NCBI GenBank assembly: GCA_035948015.1
Contig: DASZJO010000114.1
Coordinates: 31,780 to 95,779 of the forward strand
Reading direction: 5' to 3'
DNA: 64,000 nucleotides
DNA from: Puia sp.
GTDB lineage: Bacteria; Bacteroidota; Bacteroidia; Chitinophagales; Chitinophagaceae
Each line of letters opens with the position of its first letter. The first letter of the stretch is position 1. A model generated the notes under the pieces. The model worked only from the letters and a program-made list of their open reading frames with translations, was not told where the DNA came from and did not search any database. The position numbers were made by a program, and so were the translations under genes. Below are positions 1 to 9,110 of the stretch, piece after piece.

Positions 1-210
1 CCGCGTGATATTGACATCATTCAGAAAGACTTCGCCGCTGTCAGGTTTGATCAACCCTACAACCATATAAAAGGTGGTCGTTTTTCCCGCTCCGTTCGGC
101 CCCAGCAATCCGACGATCTCTCCCTGCTCCAATTTGACGGATACTTGGTTGACCACCGTTCGGCTATGGTAAGTTTTAACCAGGTCCTTTGAATGAATAA
201 TAATGCTCAA
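1..210 (-). CDS. lptB: LPS export ABC transporter ATP-binding protein LptB, N-terminal 70 codons (gene runs off the left edge)
   Basis: Reverse translation from TTG at 210 gives [61 protein letters not shown]. It has Walker [10 protein letters not shown] plus the LptB-typical TTFYMVVG. Absent from the ORF track because it is truncated. Confidence 0.8.
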   Translation of the reverse strand, partial: MSIIIHSKDLVKTYHSRTVVNQVSVKLEQGEIVGLLGPNGAGKTTTFYMVVGLIKPDSGEVFLNDVNITR

Positions 211-301
211 ATCTCTTCGTTATTTGGACGCAAATTTAGGCCCTGCGGCCAAAGGGACAACATCCCGAGCTAAAATTATAGGCGTTTTAAGACTTATCGC
301 C

Positions 302-309
302 TAATTTTG
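302..309 (+). promoter_or_regulatory. Bacteroidota-type -7 promoter box TAATTTTG upstream of metF
   Basis: Exact match to the TAnnTTTG consensus, 43 nt before the metF ATG. The short leader contains the hairpin TGCGGC-ttc-GCCGCA (325-339). Confidence 0.4.
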
Positions 310-351
310 CCGACCAAATGCGAACTGCGGCTTCGCCGCACATCTATATTT

Positions 352-1305
352 ATGAAGGTTATCGAGCATCTGCAACACGTAAAAGAGACCCTGGTCTCAT
401 TCGAAATACTCCCACCCCTGAAGGGCAAGACCATTAGTTCCATTTACGAGCATCTGGACCCCCTGATGGAATTCAAACCGGCTTTTATCAATGTGACCTA
501 TCACCGGAGCGAAACGATGTTCAAGAAGAAGACCGACGGCACTTTTGAAAAAGTAGAGGTCCGCAAACGACCTGGCACCGTTGGCATCTGCGCGGCTATT
601 ATGAACCATTATAAGGTCGACGCCGTACCCCACCTGATCTGCGGCGGATTCGCGAAACGGGAAACGGAAGATGCCCTGATCGACCTCCATTTCCTCGGCA
701 TCGACAACGTACTCGTCCTTCGCGGGGATGCGCCAAAGAACGAAAGCTCCTTTGAGCCCGAGCCTGACGGACACCGCTATGCTATCGATCTCCTCAAACA
801 GGTCGTTTGCCTCAACCAGGGCGAATATCTCGAAGAGGATATCAAGAATGGAGGTAAGACGAACTTCTGCATCGGCGTCGCCGGCTATCCCGAAAAACAT
901 TTCGAAGCTCCAAACCTCGAGACCGATCTCATGTACCTGAAGGCAAAAGTCGACGCCGGCGCCGAATATATCACCACCCAGATGTTCTTCGACAACCAGA
1001 AATATTTCGACTTTGTCCGCAATTGCCGCGAGCAGGGGATCAACGTTCCGATCATCCCCGGCCTGAAGCCTATCACCAATAAGAAACAGCTTTCCATGCT
1101 GCCGAAGGTCTTCCACGTAGACCTGCCCACGGACCTGTCCAATGCCATCCTTAAATGCAAAAATGACGCAGAAGTGGAGCGGGTTGGCACAGACTGGATG
1201 ATCGGGCAGAGCCGCGAACTGAAGAAGGCAGGGGTACCCGTATTACACTATTATACGCTCGGAAAAGCCAAGGTCATCGAAGAGGCGGTGAAGGCAGTGT
1301 TTTAA
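352..1305 (+). CDS. metF: 5,10-methylenetetrahydrofolate reductase
   Basis: The ORF 307..1305 product is MetF-like over its full length (SFEILPP, HLICGG, VLVLRGD, GVAGYPEKH). The ATG at 352 (MKVIEHL) is preferred over the TTG at 307. Confidence 0.9.
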   Translation: MKVIEHLQHVKETLVSFEILPPLKGKTISSIYEHLDPLMEFKPAFINVTYHRSETMFKKKTDGTFEKVEVRKRPGTVGICAAIMNHYKVDAVPHLICGGFAKRETEDALIDLHFLGIDNVLVLRGDAPKNESSFEPEPDGHRYAIDLLKQVVCLNQGEYLEEDIKNGGKTNFCIGVAGYPEKHFEAPNLETDLMYLKAKVDAGAEYITTQMFFDNQKYFDFVRNCREQGINVPIIPGLKPITNKKQLSMLPKVFHVDLPTDLSNAILKCKNDAEVERVGTDWMIGQSRELKKAGVPVLHYYTLGKAKVIEEAVKAVF

Positions 1306-3220
1306 ACACCTTTTCATCCACCTTAACCGGATACTCCTTCCGAAGCCCCTCCACCCACTGCTCCTCCAGGAACCCCTGATAGTCATTGATGACGAAACCG
1401 CGTGCATCATGATAATTGCGCGGCTCCCGGTTATTGTAGACCGTCAGTACATATGCAAAGCTGACCGTGTTGTCCGCCTTATTACCGGTGAACTCCGTAA
1501 AAGTCTGCGCTACCGGCGTTCCGAACGCAGTGCCCGGGATCTGCGGCAGTTCATACCGGCCCGAGTCCGCCTGAATGGCCGCCCCCATACTATCGGAAGA
1601 CAACCGCCACCCGGCGACCGGACCGGCCGCCAGCCGCGCTTTCAGCGCCTCCGCCGTCCCTGCATTATTGCACGTGAATAACAGCGCGTCTGCGCTGGCA
1701 TTCCACCAGTATTTGCCTTTATGCGCCTCATAATATTTCACCAGCCCCGCACTGTCCGCCGAAGCCTTGTCCCAGATCTTTCGCTGCATGATCTCGAATA
1801 ACAGATTGCCTTCCTTGAACTCATTTAGCTGAAAAGCAAAATCCTTATTGTATTGCTCCAGGTAATTCCGGTAATAGTCCATGGCCGTGCGCTCGATATA
1901 CCGCTGAAAAAGCTCCTTATCCGACAACCCGCTGCCCGCCCTCGTCGGCCGCGTGGCATGCGCAAAATCCAGCCACTCCCTTATCGTATAGGCCCGCTGC
2001 GGATAGGAAAATACGATCGTGGAATTTCTGAGGTTCCCATAAGAGGAATAACGCGGGTTCCGAAAGACGCTGTCCGTAAAGGCCCAGAGATCCGATTCCG
2101 GAATATCCGCCCGCTGGAATCCCGTCTCATGATAGATCCGGTTGAACATCGCCTGCCGGCTGATCTCCACCCGGGGATCGTTGAGCACCTGCTGCCTCAA
2201 GGCAGCCTTCGCCAGGTCGTCGAACTGCGCAGGAGCCGCCTTCCGCGCAAGCCGCTTTATAATATGATAACCGAAACCCGTGGCCACCGGCCGGCTGACC
2301 GCCCCATCCCGGTCGAGCCCGAAAGCCGCCGCTTCAAACGCGGAGTCGTAACGGCCGACACCAAATTCAGGTAGCTCGCCTCCATTCTGATACGAAAGAT
2401 TATCACCGCTGTATGCCCGCGCCAACGCCGCAAAATCACCCCCACGCAAAATCGCCCCGTAAAGGGAGTCCGCCTTCAGCCGCACCTGCTCCCGGACCTC
2501 CGCTGAAGCTCCCGGCGGGACGGACAGGAGTATCTGCGCCACTTTGACCCGGCCCAGCGCCTTCCTTTCTCCTTCATTCCTGAAAATATGGTAGCCGCCT
2601 TTACTCCGGTAGGGCTTCGACCACTGACCCGGCGCCAGCGAATAGGCCAGGTTCTCCAATTCATAAGGGAGCGAAAACACCGTGATATACCCGATCTCCC
2701 CTTTATTCATTTTCACCGCCGGATCATCCGAGAACGCTATTGCCGTCTCCCCGAACTTCTTGCCCTTCTTCAGTTCGTTATACGCCGTCATTGCCTTCTC
2801 ATAAACCCGTAATGTATCCGCAGGCGAAACGTTCTTAGGCAGTGCAAAATAGATATGCGCCAGCCGGATATCCTTCTGGCCTCGCACAAATACCTCTTTC
2901 ACCAGCCGGTCCAAACTTTCCTGGTCCTTCATATAGGCATCGGCCACCTGGGATCTGAAATTTTGCAGCTCCGTCCGCTGCGCAGGCAACGTATCGAGCT
3001 GCGCCGCATAAGCCGCCTTCACCTTCAGTTTATACCGGATGTATAACTCCAGGTAATCCCGGTATGCTTTATCGGTCGGTGCGACCCCATTATTATTTTT
3101 CGTAAATGCCTTTAGGAATTCCTCCTTACTGACAGGTGTGCCATCGACTGTGAAAAGGGTCTGCGCCGTGAGACCGTAAGAAACGAGCAAAAAAAAGAAA
3201 AAAAGAATGACCCCTTTCAT
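1274..3220 (-). CDS. Periplasmic parvulin-type peptidyl-prolyl isomerase (SurA/PpiD-like chaperone)
   Basis: Signal peptide MKGVILFFFFLLVSYGLTAQ. PpiC/parvulin signatures are present (GGYHIFR, GFGYHIIK). The start at M11 (3220) avoids overlap with the upstream gene ending at 3234. Confidence 0.8.
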   Translation of the reverse strand: MKGVILFFFFLLVSYGLTAQTLFTVDGTPVSKEEFLKAFTKNNNGVAPTDKAYRDYLELYIRYKLKVKAAYAAQLDTLPAQRTELQNFRSQVADAYMKDQESLDRLVKEVFVRGQKDIRLAHIYFALPKNVSPADTLRVYEKAMTAYNELKKGKKFGETAIAFSDDPAVKMNKGEIGYITVFSLPYELENLAYSLAPGQWSKPYRSKGGYHIFRNEGERKALGRVKVAQILLSVPPGASAEVREQVRLKADSLYGAILRGGDFAALARAYSGDNLSYQNGGELPEFGVGRYDSAFEAAAFGLDRDGAVSRPVATGFGYHIIKRLARKAAPAQFDDLAKAALRQQVLNDPRVEISRQAMFNRIYHETGFQRADIPESDLWAFTDSVFRNPRYSSYGNLRNSTIVFSYPQRAYTIREWLDFAHATRPTRAGSGLSDKELFQRYIERTAMDYYRNYLEQYNKDFAFQLNEFKEGNLLFEIMQRKIWDKASADSAGLVKYYEAHKGKYWWNASADALLFTCNNAGTAEALKARLAAGPVAGWRLSSDSMGAAIQADSGRYELPQIPGTAFGTPVAQTFTEFTGNKADNTVSFAYVLTVYNNREPRNYHDARGFVINDYQGFLEEQWVEGLRKEYPVKVDEKVFKTLPSPPLR

Positions 3221-3233
3221 CGAAAAGCGGATA

Positions 3234-4682
3234 TCATTTGGATTTTGCATGCTGCAGTTTCAGATTTATAACTTCATCCAGTTGGTCGTAAGACAGCTTT
3301 TTTGCGATAATGCGTTTGTCCTGATCCAGCAGGTAGAGGGTTGGGGTCTGGTACACGTCGTATAGCTGACGGAATCCGGGCTGACCCGCTTTCTCCGTTG
3401 CGTCCTGGTGCTCCTTTGTCTCATAAACGTGCGTCCATTCGCTTAAATTGTGATCCTTAATGAATTGTATCCATGCATCCTTGCCGCCATCCACCATCAC
3501 CCCATAGATCTTCACTCCCTCGCCCTTCCATTTAGCCTTGTACATCGAATCCAGCTTCGGAACAACCTCCTTGCAATGGCTGCACGTCGGATCCCAGAAA
3601 CAAACGACGGTAAACTTTGCAGTCACCCCATACAAAGGCCGGAGCGCACCTTCGCTGTCCACCATCTCCAGGTTGGCCGCCGGCTGGCCAATGAGGTTGG
3701 CCATAATACTGTAGGCCCTGTCATTCAGATACTTCCGGTACTTCTCCGTGAAGAATTCCGTTTCCCCGGCATTGATATATTTATCAAATAGGTGGACGAA
3801 AACGGCATCCTGCCCCATATACGGCGGGTTGACATATTTCTGCACGAAATAGACCATCAGATATTGGAACATGGGCTTGCTGACCCGGGCATACAGCAGC
3901 ATATGGTCCACCTCTTTTTCAATGGAATCGGGATCCGGCGACACCAGTTCCCTGAAATATTTGTCCAGCCGGGGCTCGAATACCGGTGTCCGCGTCAACC
4001 GCTCATCGCTGAATGACAGCCCGTCCCAGTAATGATCCTTGAAGTAGCGAAAGGCGAAGACACTGTCATACTTGCCACCCGGCTGGCGGGACGCCGACGG
4101 TACCTCGGGCTCCTTTAGCGCCTGAAAGAGCGTCGCCAGCAGGGTCGTCGGATATTGGCTGCAGATCTTCTCCCGGTACTTCGTGATTTGCTCATTGAAT
4201 AATCTGATCTTTTCCCGGTTGGACCGGACGGTCGCGGAGTCACCCGCCTTTTGCGCAGCATTCATAGCCTTTTGATCCTCTGTGATCTCCATACCCATCC
4301 CGGCCGTGAACTTCGTGTAGGTCTGAAATATCGTATTGTCGGTCGATCCTGTAAACACTACGCTGCCCGGCATATTGGTCGTATCCGCCGATATCGAAAA
4401 ATTCTGTTGCGAATCGACCAGCAACTCGAAAAGGATCGAACGATTGGGCGATACCACGAAATAAACTCCGCCGGGCAGCCGGCTCTCGCCTCTGAACAAC
4501 CCTTCACCACCGGCGGTCAGCTGCGCCGAATCCGCCAGGGCCTTGATCTTCCCATAATAATAGCCGAGATATACTTTTCCGCTCGTATAGGGTTTGAGAT
4601 GGAGTCGGATCGAATAGCCAGTTTGCGAATTGGCCGTCTGTAATGATAGACAAGCCGCCAGAAAGAGAACGATTTTGCTCAT
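3234..4682 (-). CDS. Thioredoxin-fold thiol:disulfide oxidoreductase (TlpA/ResA-like) with a large N-terminal domain
   Basis: Signal peptide MSKIVLFLAACLSLQTANSQ. The C-terminal thioredoxin fold carries a CxxC motif (VVCFWDPTCSHCKE). Confidence 0.75.
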   Translation of the reverse strand: MSKIVLFLAACLSLQTANSQTGYSIRLHLKPYTSGKVYLGYYYGKIKALADSAQLTAGGEGLFRGESRLPGGVYFVVSPNRSILFELLVDSQQNFSISADTTNMPGSVVFTGSTDNTIFQTYTKFTAGMGMEITEDQKAMNAAQKAGDSATVRSNREKIRLFNEQITKYREKICSQYPTTLLATLFQALKEPEVPSASRQPGGKYDSVFAFRYFKDHYWDGLSFSDERLTRTPVFEPRLDKYFRELVSPDPDSIEKEVDHMLLYARVSKPMFQYLMVYFVQKYVNPPYMGQDAVFVHLFDKYINAGETEFFTEKYRKYLNDRAYSIMANLIGQPAANLEMVDSEGALRPLYGVTAKFTVVCFWDPTCSHCKEVVPKLDSMYKAKWKGEGVKIYGVMVDGGKDAWIQFIKDHNLSEWTHVYETKEHQDATEKAGQPGFRQLYDVYQTPTLYLLDQDKRIIAKKLSYDQLDEVINLKLQHAKSK

Positions 4683-4709
4683 ACGCAGGTAAAATTAGAC
4701 CTTTACGCC

Positions 4710-6131
4710 GTGCGAAAAAAAAATAAGAACATCACGCTAACAGCGGTCCTGGTAGAGGATTACGCCGCGGAAGGCAAGTCCCTTGCCCGGGTGGACGGAA
4801 AGGTAATTTTCATCGAGAACGCAGTACCCGGGGATATCGTCGATATCCGCCTCTCTAAAAACAAGAAAGACTGGGCCGAAGGCCATATCATCGCTTTTCG
4901 GCAATATTCCCCGGAGCGCGTCGAGCCATTTTGCGCGCATTTTGGCGTCTGCGGGGGCTGTCGCTGGCAAATGCTTCCCTACCACCGGCAACTGGAGTAT
5001 AAACAACAACAGGTAGAAGATAACCTCCGGCGGATAGGGAAGGTAACCCTTCCGGCTATCAGCCCCATCCTCGGCGCCGAAAACACTGTCCACTACCGCA
5101 ACAAGATGGAATATACCTTTTCGAACCGCCGCTTCCTTCTTCCCCATGAATTGAATGACCCAACGGTGTCCGCCGACCAGCGGGTAGCCGGTTTCCACGC
5201 CAAAGGCCTTTTTGATAAGGTCGTGGATATCGACACCTGCCACCTCCAGGCCGAACCCACCAACAGAATTCGCAAAGCCGTCCGCGACTTCGGCCTCCGG
5301 GAGAGTCTGAGCTTTTACGATATCCGGCAGCATGAAGGCTGGCTCCGTAACCTCCAGCTCCGCATCTGCACGACGGGCGAGATCATGGCCAACCTCGTCC
5401 TCGGCTACCGGGACGACGACCTCACCCAAAAACTTGCCAAAGACCTGCTGCAACAATTCCCCGAACTGACCACTCTCTTATATACCATCAACCCCAAATG
5501 GAACGACAGCATCTCCGATCTGGAGCCCCGTGTTCTGTTCGGAAAAGGATATGTCATCGAGCGCATGGAGGATTTTCAGTTCAAGATCGGCCCGAAATCT
5601 TTCTTCCAGACCAATACCCGGCAAGGCGAAAGTCTCTACCGGGTCACCCGGGAGTTCGCAGCGCTGACCGGGAAGGAGACCGTCTATGACCTGTATTGCG
5701 GAACCGGCAGCATCGGCATCTTCGTAAGCCCCCGTGCCGCCAGGATCATCGGTGTGGAGGTCATCGATGAAGCCGTGGAAGACGCGCGGGAGAACGCCGC
5801 CCTGAATGGTGTCAGCCACGCCCGCTTCTTTTCCGGCGATGTGACCGCCCTCTGTCAGGATGCCTTCTTTGAACAAGAGGGGCGCCCGGACGTTATAATC
5901 ACCGATCCGCCCCGTGCCGGGATGAGCGAACGACTGGTGGCCAAAATCCTGGAGATCGCCGCGCCTACTGTGGTCTACGTTAGCTGTAACCCCGCCACGC
6001 AGGCCCGCGACCTTCGGTGGCTGGACTCCAAATATGCGGTGACAAGGGTACAACCCGTCGATATGTTTCCGCATACCCATCATATAGAGAATATAGTACA
6101 ATTGAAGCTCAGGGAGCCTGTGCAACAATAA
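4710..6131 (+). CDS. rlmD: 23S rRNA (uracil-5-)-methyltransferase RlmD/RumA family
   Basis: N-terminal TRAM-like segment, Fe-S Cys cluster CAHFGVCGGCRWQ, SAM motif DLYCGTGSIG, catalytic YVSCNP. Confidence 0.9.
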   Translation: MRKKNKNITLTAVLVEDYAAEGKSLARVDGKVIFIENAVPGDIVDIRLSKNKKDWAEGHIIAFRQYSPERVEPFCAHFGVCGGCRWQMLPYHRQLEYKQQQVEDNLRRIGKVTLPAISPILGAENTVHYRNKMEYTFSNRRFLLPHELNDPTVSADQRVAGFHAKGLFDKVVDIDTCHLQAEPTNRIRKAVRDFGLRESLSFYDIRQHEGWLRNLQLRICTTGEIMANLVLGYRDDDLTQKLAKDLLQQFPELTTLLYTINPKWNDSISDLEPRVLFGKGYVIERMEDFQFKIGPKSFFQTNTRQGESLYRVTREFAALTGKETVYDLYCGTGSIGIFVSPRAARIIGVEVIDEAVEDARENAALNGVSHARFFSGDVTALCQDAFFEQEGRPDVIITDPPRAGMSERLVAKILEIAAPTVVYVSCNPATQARDLRWLDSKYAVTRVQPVDMFPHTHHIENIVQLKLREPVQQ

Positions 6132-6179
6132 TTATAGTAATTTGCAGCCCTTAATACATCAATCAAGGAAAAATAGCGT

Positions 6180-6884
6180 ATGACAGAGTTTCGTCCGGGT
6201 GGCTTTCAGCTGATACCGACAGTAATTAAGAATCTGATTATAATCAATGTATTGATCTATCTCGCGCAGGCGACGCTTGGCGACGCATTCAATACGAAAC
6301 TGATCAACCTCTTCGCCCTTCACGACATTCGTTCCCCCTTATTCCGACCACACCAGCTGGTCACTTATCTTTTCCTTCACGGAGGCTGGGACCATGTGCT
6401 CTATAATATGCTTGCGCTTTGGGTATTTGGCTCCATCCTGGAAAACTATTGGGGACCGAAGCGTTTCCTGGTCTTCTATGTTATCTGCGGCCTCGGCGCA
6501 GCAGTCGCTCACCTGGCGGTCCTATACCCGGAAATGACCCCTTACTTCAACGAGTTGCATCAAGTTCCGAACTACGATCAAATTGCGGAGTATTACGATC
6601 CGAACAAACCATGGAATGGCGCCACCCTCGGCGCATCCGGCGCGGTATTCGGCTGTCTCGCCGCGACGGCCTGGCTTTTCCCCAATAGTCTCATATATCT
6701 CTACTTTTTCGTCCCCATCAAGGTAAAATGGGTCGTCCTCTTCTACGCTGCCGGGGAACTGATTTCCGGCATCAACCCTACTGCCGGTGATAACGTGGCG
6801 CATTGGGCCCACCTCGGTGGTGGCCTGGTTGGCTTATTGCTTGTCATGTATTGGAATCGCAGGAACCGGCGTAATTTTTATTAA
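6180..6884 (+). CDS. Rhomboid family intramembrane serine protease (catalytic residues intact)
   Basis: HGGWDHVLYNM (HxxxN), GASGAVFG (catalytic Ser) and HWAHLGGG (catalytic His). Multi-pass membrane protein. Confidence 0.88.
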   Translation: MTEFRPGGFQLIPTVIKNLIIINVLIYLAQATLGDAFNTKLINLFALHDIRSPLFRPHQLVTYLFLHGGWDHVLYNMLALWVFGSILENYWGPKRFLVFYVICGLGAAVAHLAVLYPEMTPYFNELHQVPNYDQIAEYYDPNKPWNGATLGASGAVFGCLAATAWLFPNSLIYLYFFVPIKVKWVVLFYAAGELISGINPTAGDNVAHWAHLGGGLVGLLLVMYWNRRNRRNFY

Positions 6885-6915
6885 ACTCTTTACCTGATAT
6901 AACTGTTTAGAAAAT

Positions 6916-7842
6916 ATGAGGGTAATGGAAGACAACTATCGGAAGCGAATGGTCCTGGGGCAGGATGGAAATGCACTGGTGCAGCTGGTGGTTGTCAACG
7001 CTTCCTTGTTTGTGATCCTGAAGTTCATCTGGCTTATCTACGATCTGAACTCCCTCAACCCGGCCGCCTATGAGACGAATGTGCTCAATTGGTTTGCCCT
7101 GCCCGCCTCCACCGACAAGCTCTCTTCCCGGCCCTGGACTGTGCTGACCTATATGTTCTCCGACAGCCATATCCCGCGTTTTATCGGCAATATGTTTTGG
7201 CTTTGGTGCTTTGGATATATCCTTCAGGACCTGACCGGCAACCGGAAGCTGATACCCATTTACCTCTACGGCGGATTGGCGGGCGCGTTGTTTTTTGTCC
7301 TGTCCTACGCCATTTTCCCACAGCTGCAGGCCACACTGCCGGTCGCGCGCCTCCTCGGGTCCAACGCGGCCATCGTTGCGCTCGCCATAGCTACTACCGC
7401 CGTCGCTCCGGACTACCGGATCTTTCCCATGATCAATGGCGGTATCCCCCTTTGGATATTGACCCTGCTCTTCCTCCTGATCGACTTTTCCAGTATTTCC
7501 CATGGCGACTCGGGCGCCTATATCGCCAACCTGGCCGGCGGCGGCGCCGGATTCTTCTTTATTTACCAACTTCGCAGAGGCCATGACGGTAGTGTCTGGA
7601 TCAACCAGATCTTTGACTGGTGCAACGACCTCTTCAACCCCAATAAGAAAAAGAAGAATCGCTTGCCAAAAGATGAGTTCTATTACAAGGTGTCCGGCAC
7701 CCAGCCTTTCAAAAAGATCCCCAACGTAACACAGCAGCGCATCGACGAGATCCTCGACAAGATCAACCAGCAAGGTTACCGGTTCCTCACCGACGAGGAA
7801 AAAGAGATCCTCAAACGGGCAGCGGACGAAGAAGATTTGTAG
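6916..7842 (+). CDS. Rhomboid-fold membrane protein, probably catalytically inactive, with a SHOCT-like C-terminal tail
   Basis: The rhomboid TM2 motif is retained (SHIPRFIGNM). The Ser motif reads LLGSNAA and the TM6 AHLGG motif reads ANLAGGG (His to Asn). The cytoplasmic tail is QRIDEILDKINQQGYRFLTDEEKEILKRA. Confidence 0.75.
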   Translation: MRVMEDNYRKRMVLGQDGNALVQLVVVNASLFVILKFIWLIYDLNSLNPAAYETNVLNWFALPASTDKLSSRPWTVLTYMFSDSHIPRFIGNMFWLWCFGYILQDLTGNRKLIPIYLYGGLAGALFFVLSYAIFPQLQATLPVARLLGSNAAIVALAIATTAVAPDYRIFPMINGGIPLWILTLLFLLIDFSSISHGDSGAYIANLAGGGAGFFFIYQLRRGHDGSVWINQIFDWCNDLFNPNKKKKNRLPKDEFYYKVSGTQPFKKIPNVTQQRIDEILDKINQQGYRFLTDEEKEILKRAADEEDL

Positions 7843-7863
7843 GAGCCGGCCGGAGGCCGGCTC
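7843..7863 (+). terminator. GC-rich hairpin after the second rhomboid gene (terminator-like, no U tract)
   Basis: GAGCCGGCC-gga-GGCCGGCTC, a perfect 9-bp stem starting 1 nt after the stop codon. Confidence 0.4.
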
Positions 7864-7947
7864 GACCGATAGGTCAGACTTTAGACGATTGCGAGAAATT
7901 CGCTATTTTTATTTAATGAGAATTTCTCGTACATATTAGGAGTTGCG

Positions 7948-9087
7948 ATGCCTAAACTCCGCAATTTCACCCGCCATCTCTTTCTGATCCTGAACGGCCT
8001 GGCAGTTCTCCTGTTCCTGTTGGCCTGCGCCAATTCCTTCCTTCATCCCGGGAAATGGTGGCTTATTTCACTGCTCGGATTGGCCTTCCCCTACCTGTTC
8101 CTCCTTGTCATCCTCTTTTTCCTGACTACTCTCTTCATTCGCCCCTTTCGCCGCTGGTCCCTGCTCTCACTCGCAGCCCTGGCGATCGGCTGGTCCAATA
8201 GCCGCCATTTCCTTGCCATGCACCCTGGCGCTCCATTCCACGAAGCCCGGCAGCCGGGCACGACCGTTCGCATCCTGACCTGGAACGTTCGGAGCTTTGA
8301 CGACTTTGTAACAAAAAAGCGGCCGCCTGTCCGGTCCCGGATCCAGATGCTCGACTTCATCGGCACACAGCAGGCAGATGTCCTCTGTCTTCAGGAGTTC
8401 TACGAACCGCTGACCCGCCATGGCCTCGAATCCAATATCACCTTTATCCAGACCCAGCTGCATTATCCATATTATTTTTTCTCCCGCGACTATGTTCGCC
8501 CCGGACTGTATGCCGCCGGCGTTATCATCTTCTCCCGGTTTCCCATCGTAGATACCTTCCTGCACGAATACAAGCGCCCCAATGGATTTCGCACCACGGA
8601 AAGCCTTATCGCTGCGGATATCCTGGCCGGTGAGGACACCATTCGCGTCTTCACGACGCATCTCCAATCCGTACTGTTCGGCAGCAAGGAATTCAGGGAT
8701 CTGGAAATTATTAAGAACGTCGATGACAGCATCGTCGATGCCTCCCGCTCCATCGTCCGCAAGCTCCGGGATGCCTTCCGGCGTCGCGCGGACCAGGCCG
8801 AAGAAGTGCGCTCCCGCCTGGATAGCTGCCCGCATCCGGCCTTTATCTGCGGCGACTTTAACGATGTTCCCAATTCTTATACCTATGCCACAATTCGCGG
8901 CGATTGGCAGGACGCATGGCTGCGCAAAGGATTCGGCATCGGCCGGACGTATAAGAACATATCTCCGACGCTTCGGATCGACTATATCCTCGCGTCCCCG
9001 GATCTAACGGTGCTCCAATGCCGGAAAATAATGACCCCCTGGTCTGACCACAACCCCGTTGAAGCCGACCTGCAATTGAACCCCTAA
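7948..9087 (+). CDS. Membrane-anchored endonuclease/exonuclease/phosphatase (EEP) family protein
   Basis: N-terminal TM helices followed by EEP motifs: [41 protein letters not shown]. Confidence 0.85.
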   Translation: MPKLRNFTRHLFLILNGLAVLLFLLACANSFLHPGKWWLISLLGLAFPYLFLLVILFFLTTLFIRPFRRWSLLSLAALAIGWSNSRHFLAMHPGAPFHEARQPGTTVRILTWNVRSFDDFVTKKRPPVRSRIQMLDFIGTQQADVLCLQEFYEPLTRHGLESNITFIQTQLHYPYYFFSRDYVRPGLYAAGVIIFSRFPIVDTFLHEYKRPNGFRTTESLIAADILAGEDTIRVFTTHLQSVLFGSKEFRDLEIIKNVDDSIVDASRSIVRKLRDAFRRRADQAEEVRSRLDSCPHPAFICGDFNDVPNSYTYATIRGDWQDAWLRKGFGIGRTYKNISPTLRIDYILASPDLTVLQCRKIMTPWSDHNPVEADLQLNP

Positions 9088-9110
9088 TATTCGGTATCTT
9101 CGCGAGTTAT

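Noticed and set aside
397-1116. Long antisense ORFs opposite well-supported genes. Examples: 397-1116(-) opposite metF, 4737-5456(-) and 5478-6128(-) opposite rlmD, 6907-7773(-) opposite rhomboid 2, 9120-10073(-) opposite cysS, 25535-26542(+) opposite paaE/tetR, 32334-33203(-) opposite the NrtR-like gene, 46650-47594(-) opposite rpsB, and 59106-60878(+) opposite metH.
   Set aside because: Their products are low-complexity, Arg/Pro/Gly-rich sequences typical of the non-coding frames of GC-rich genes. None has a recognisable motif. In every case the opposite strand encodes a full-length, motif-bearing protein.
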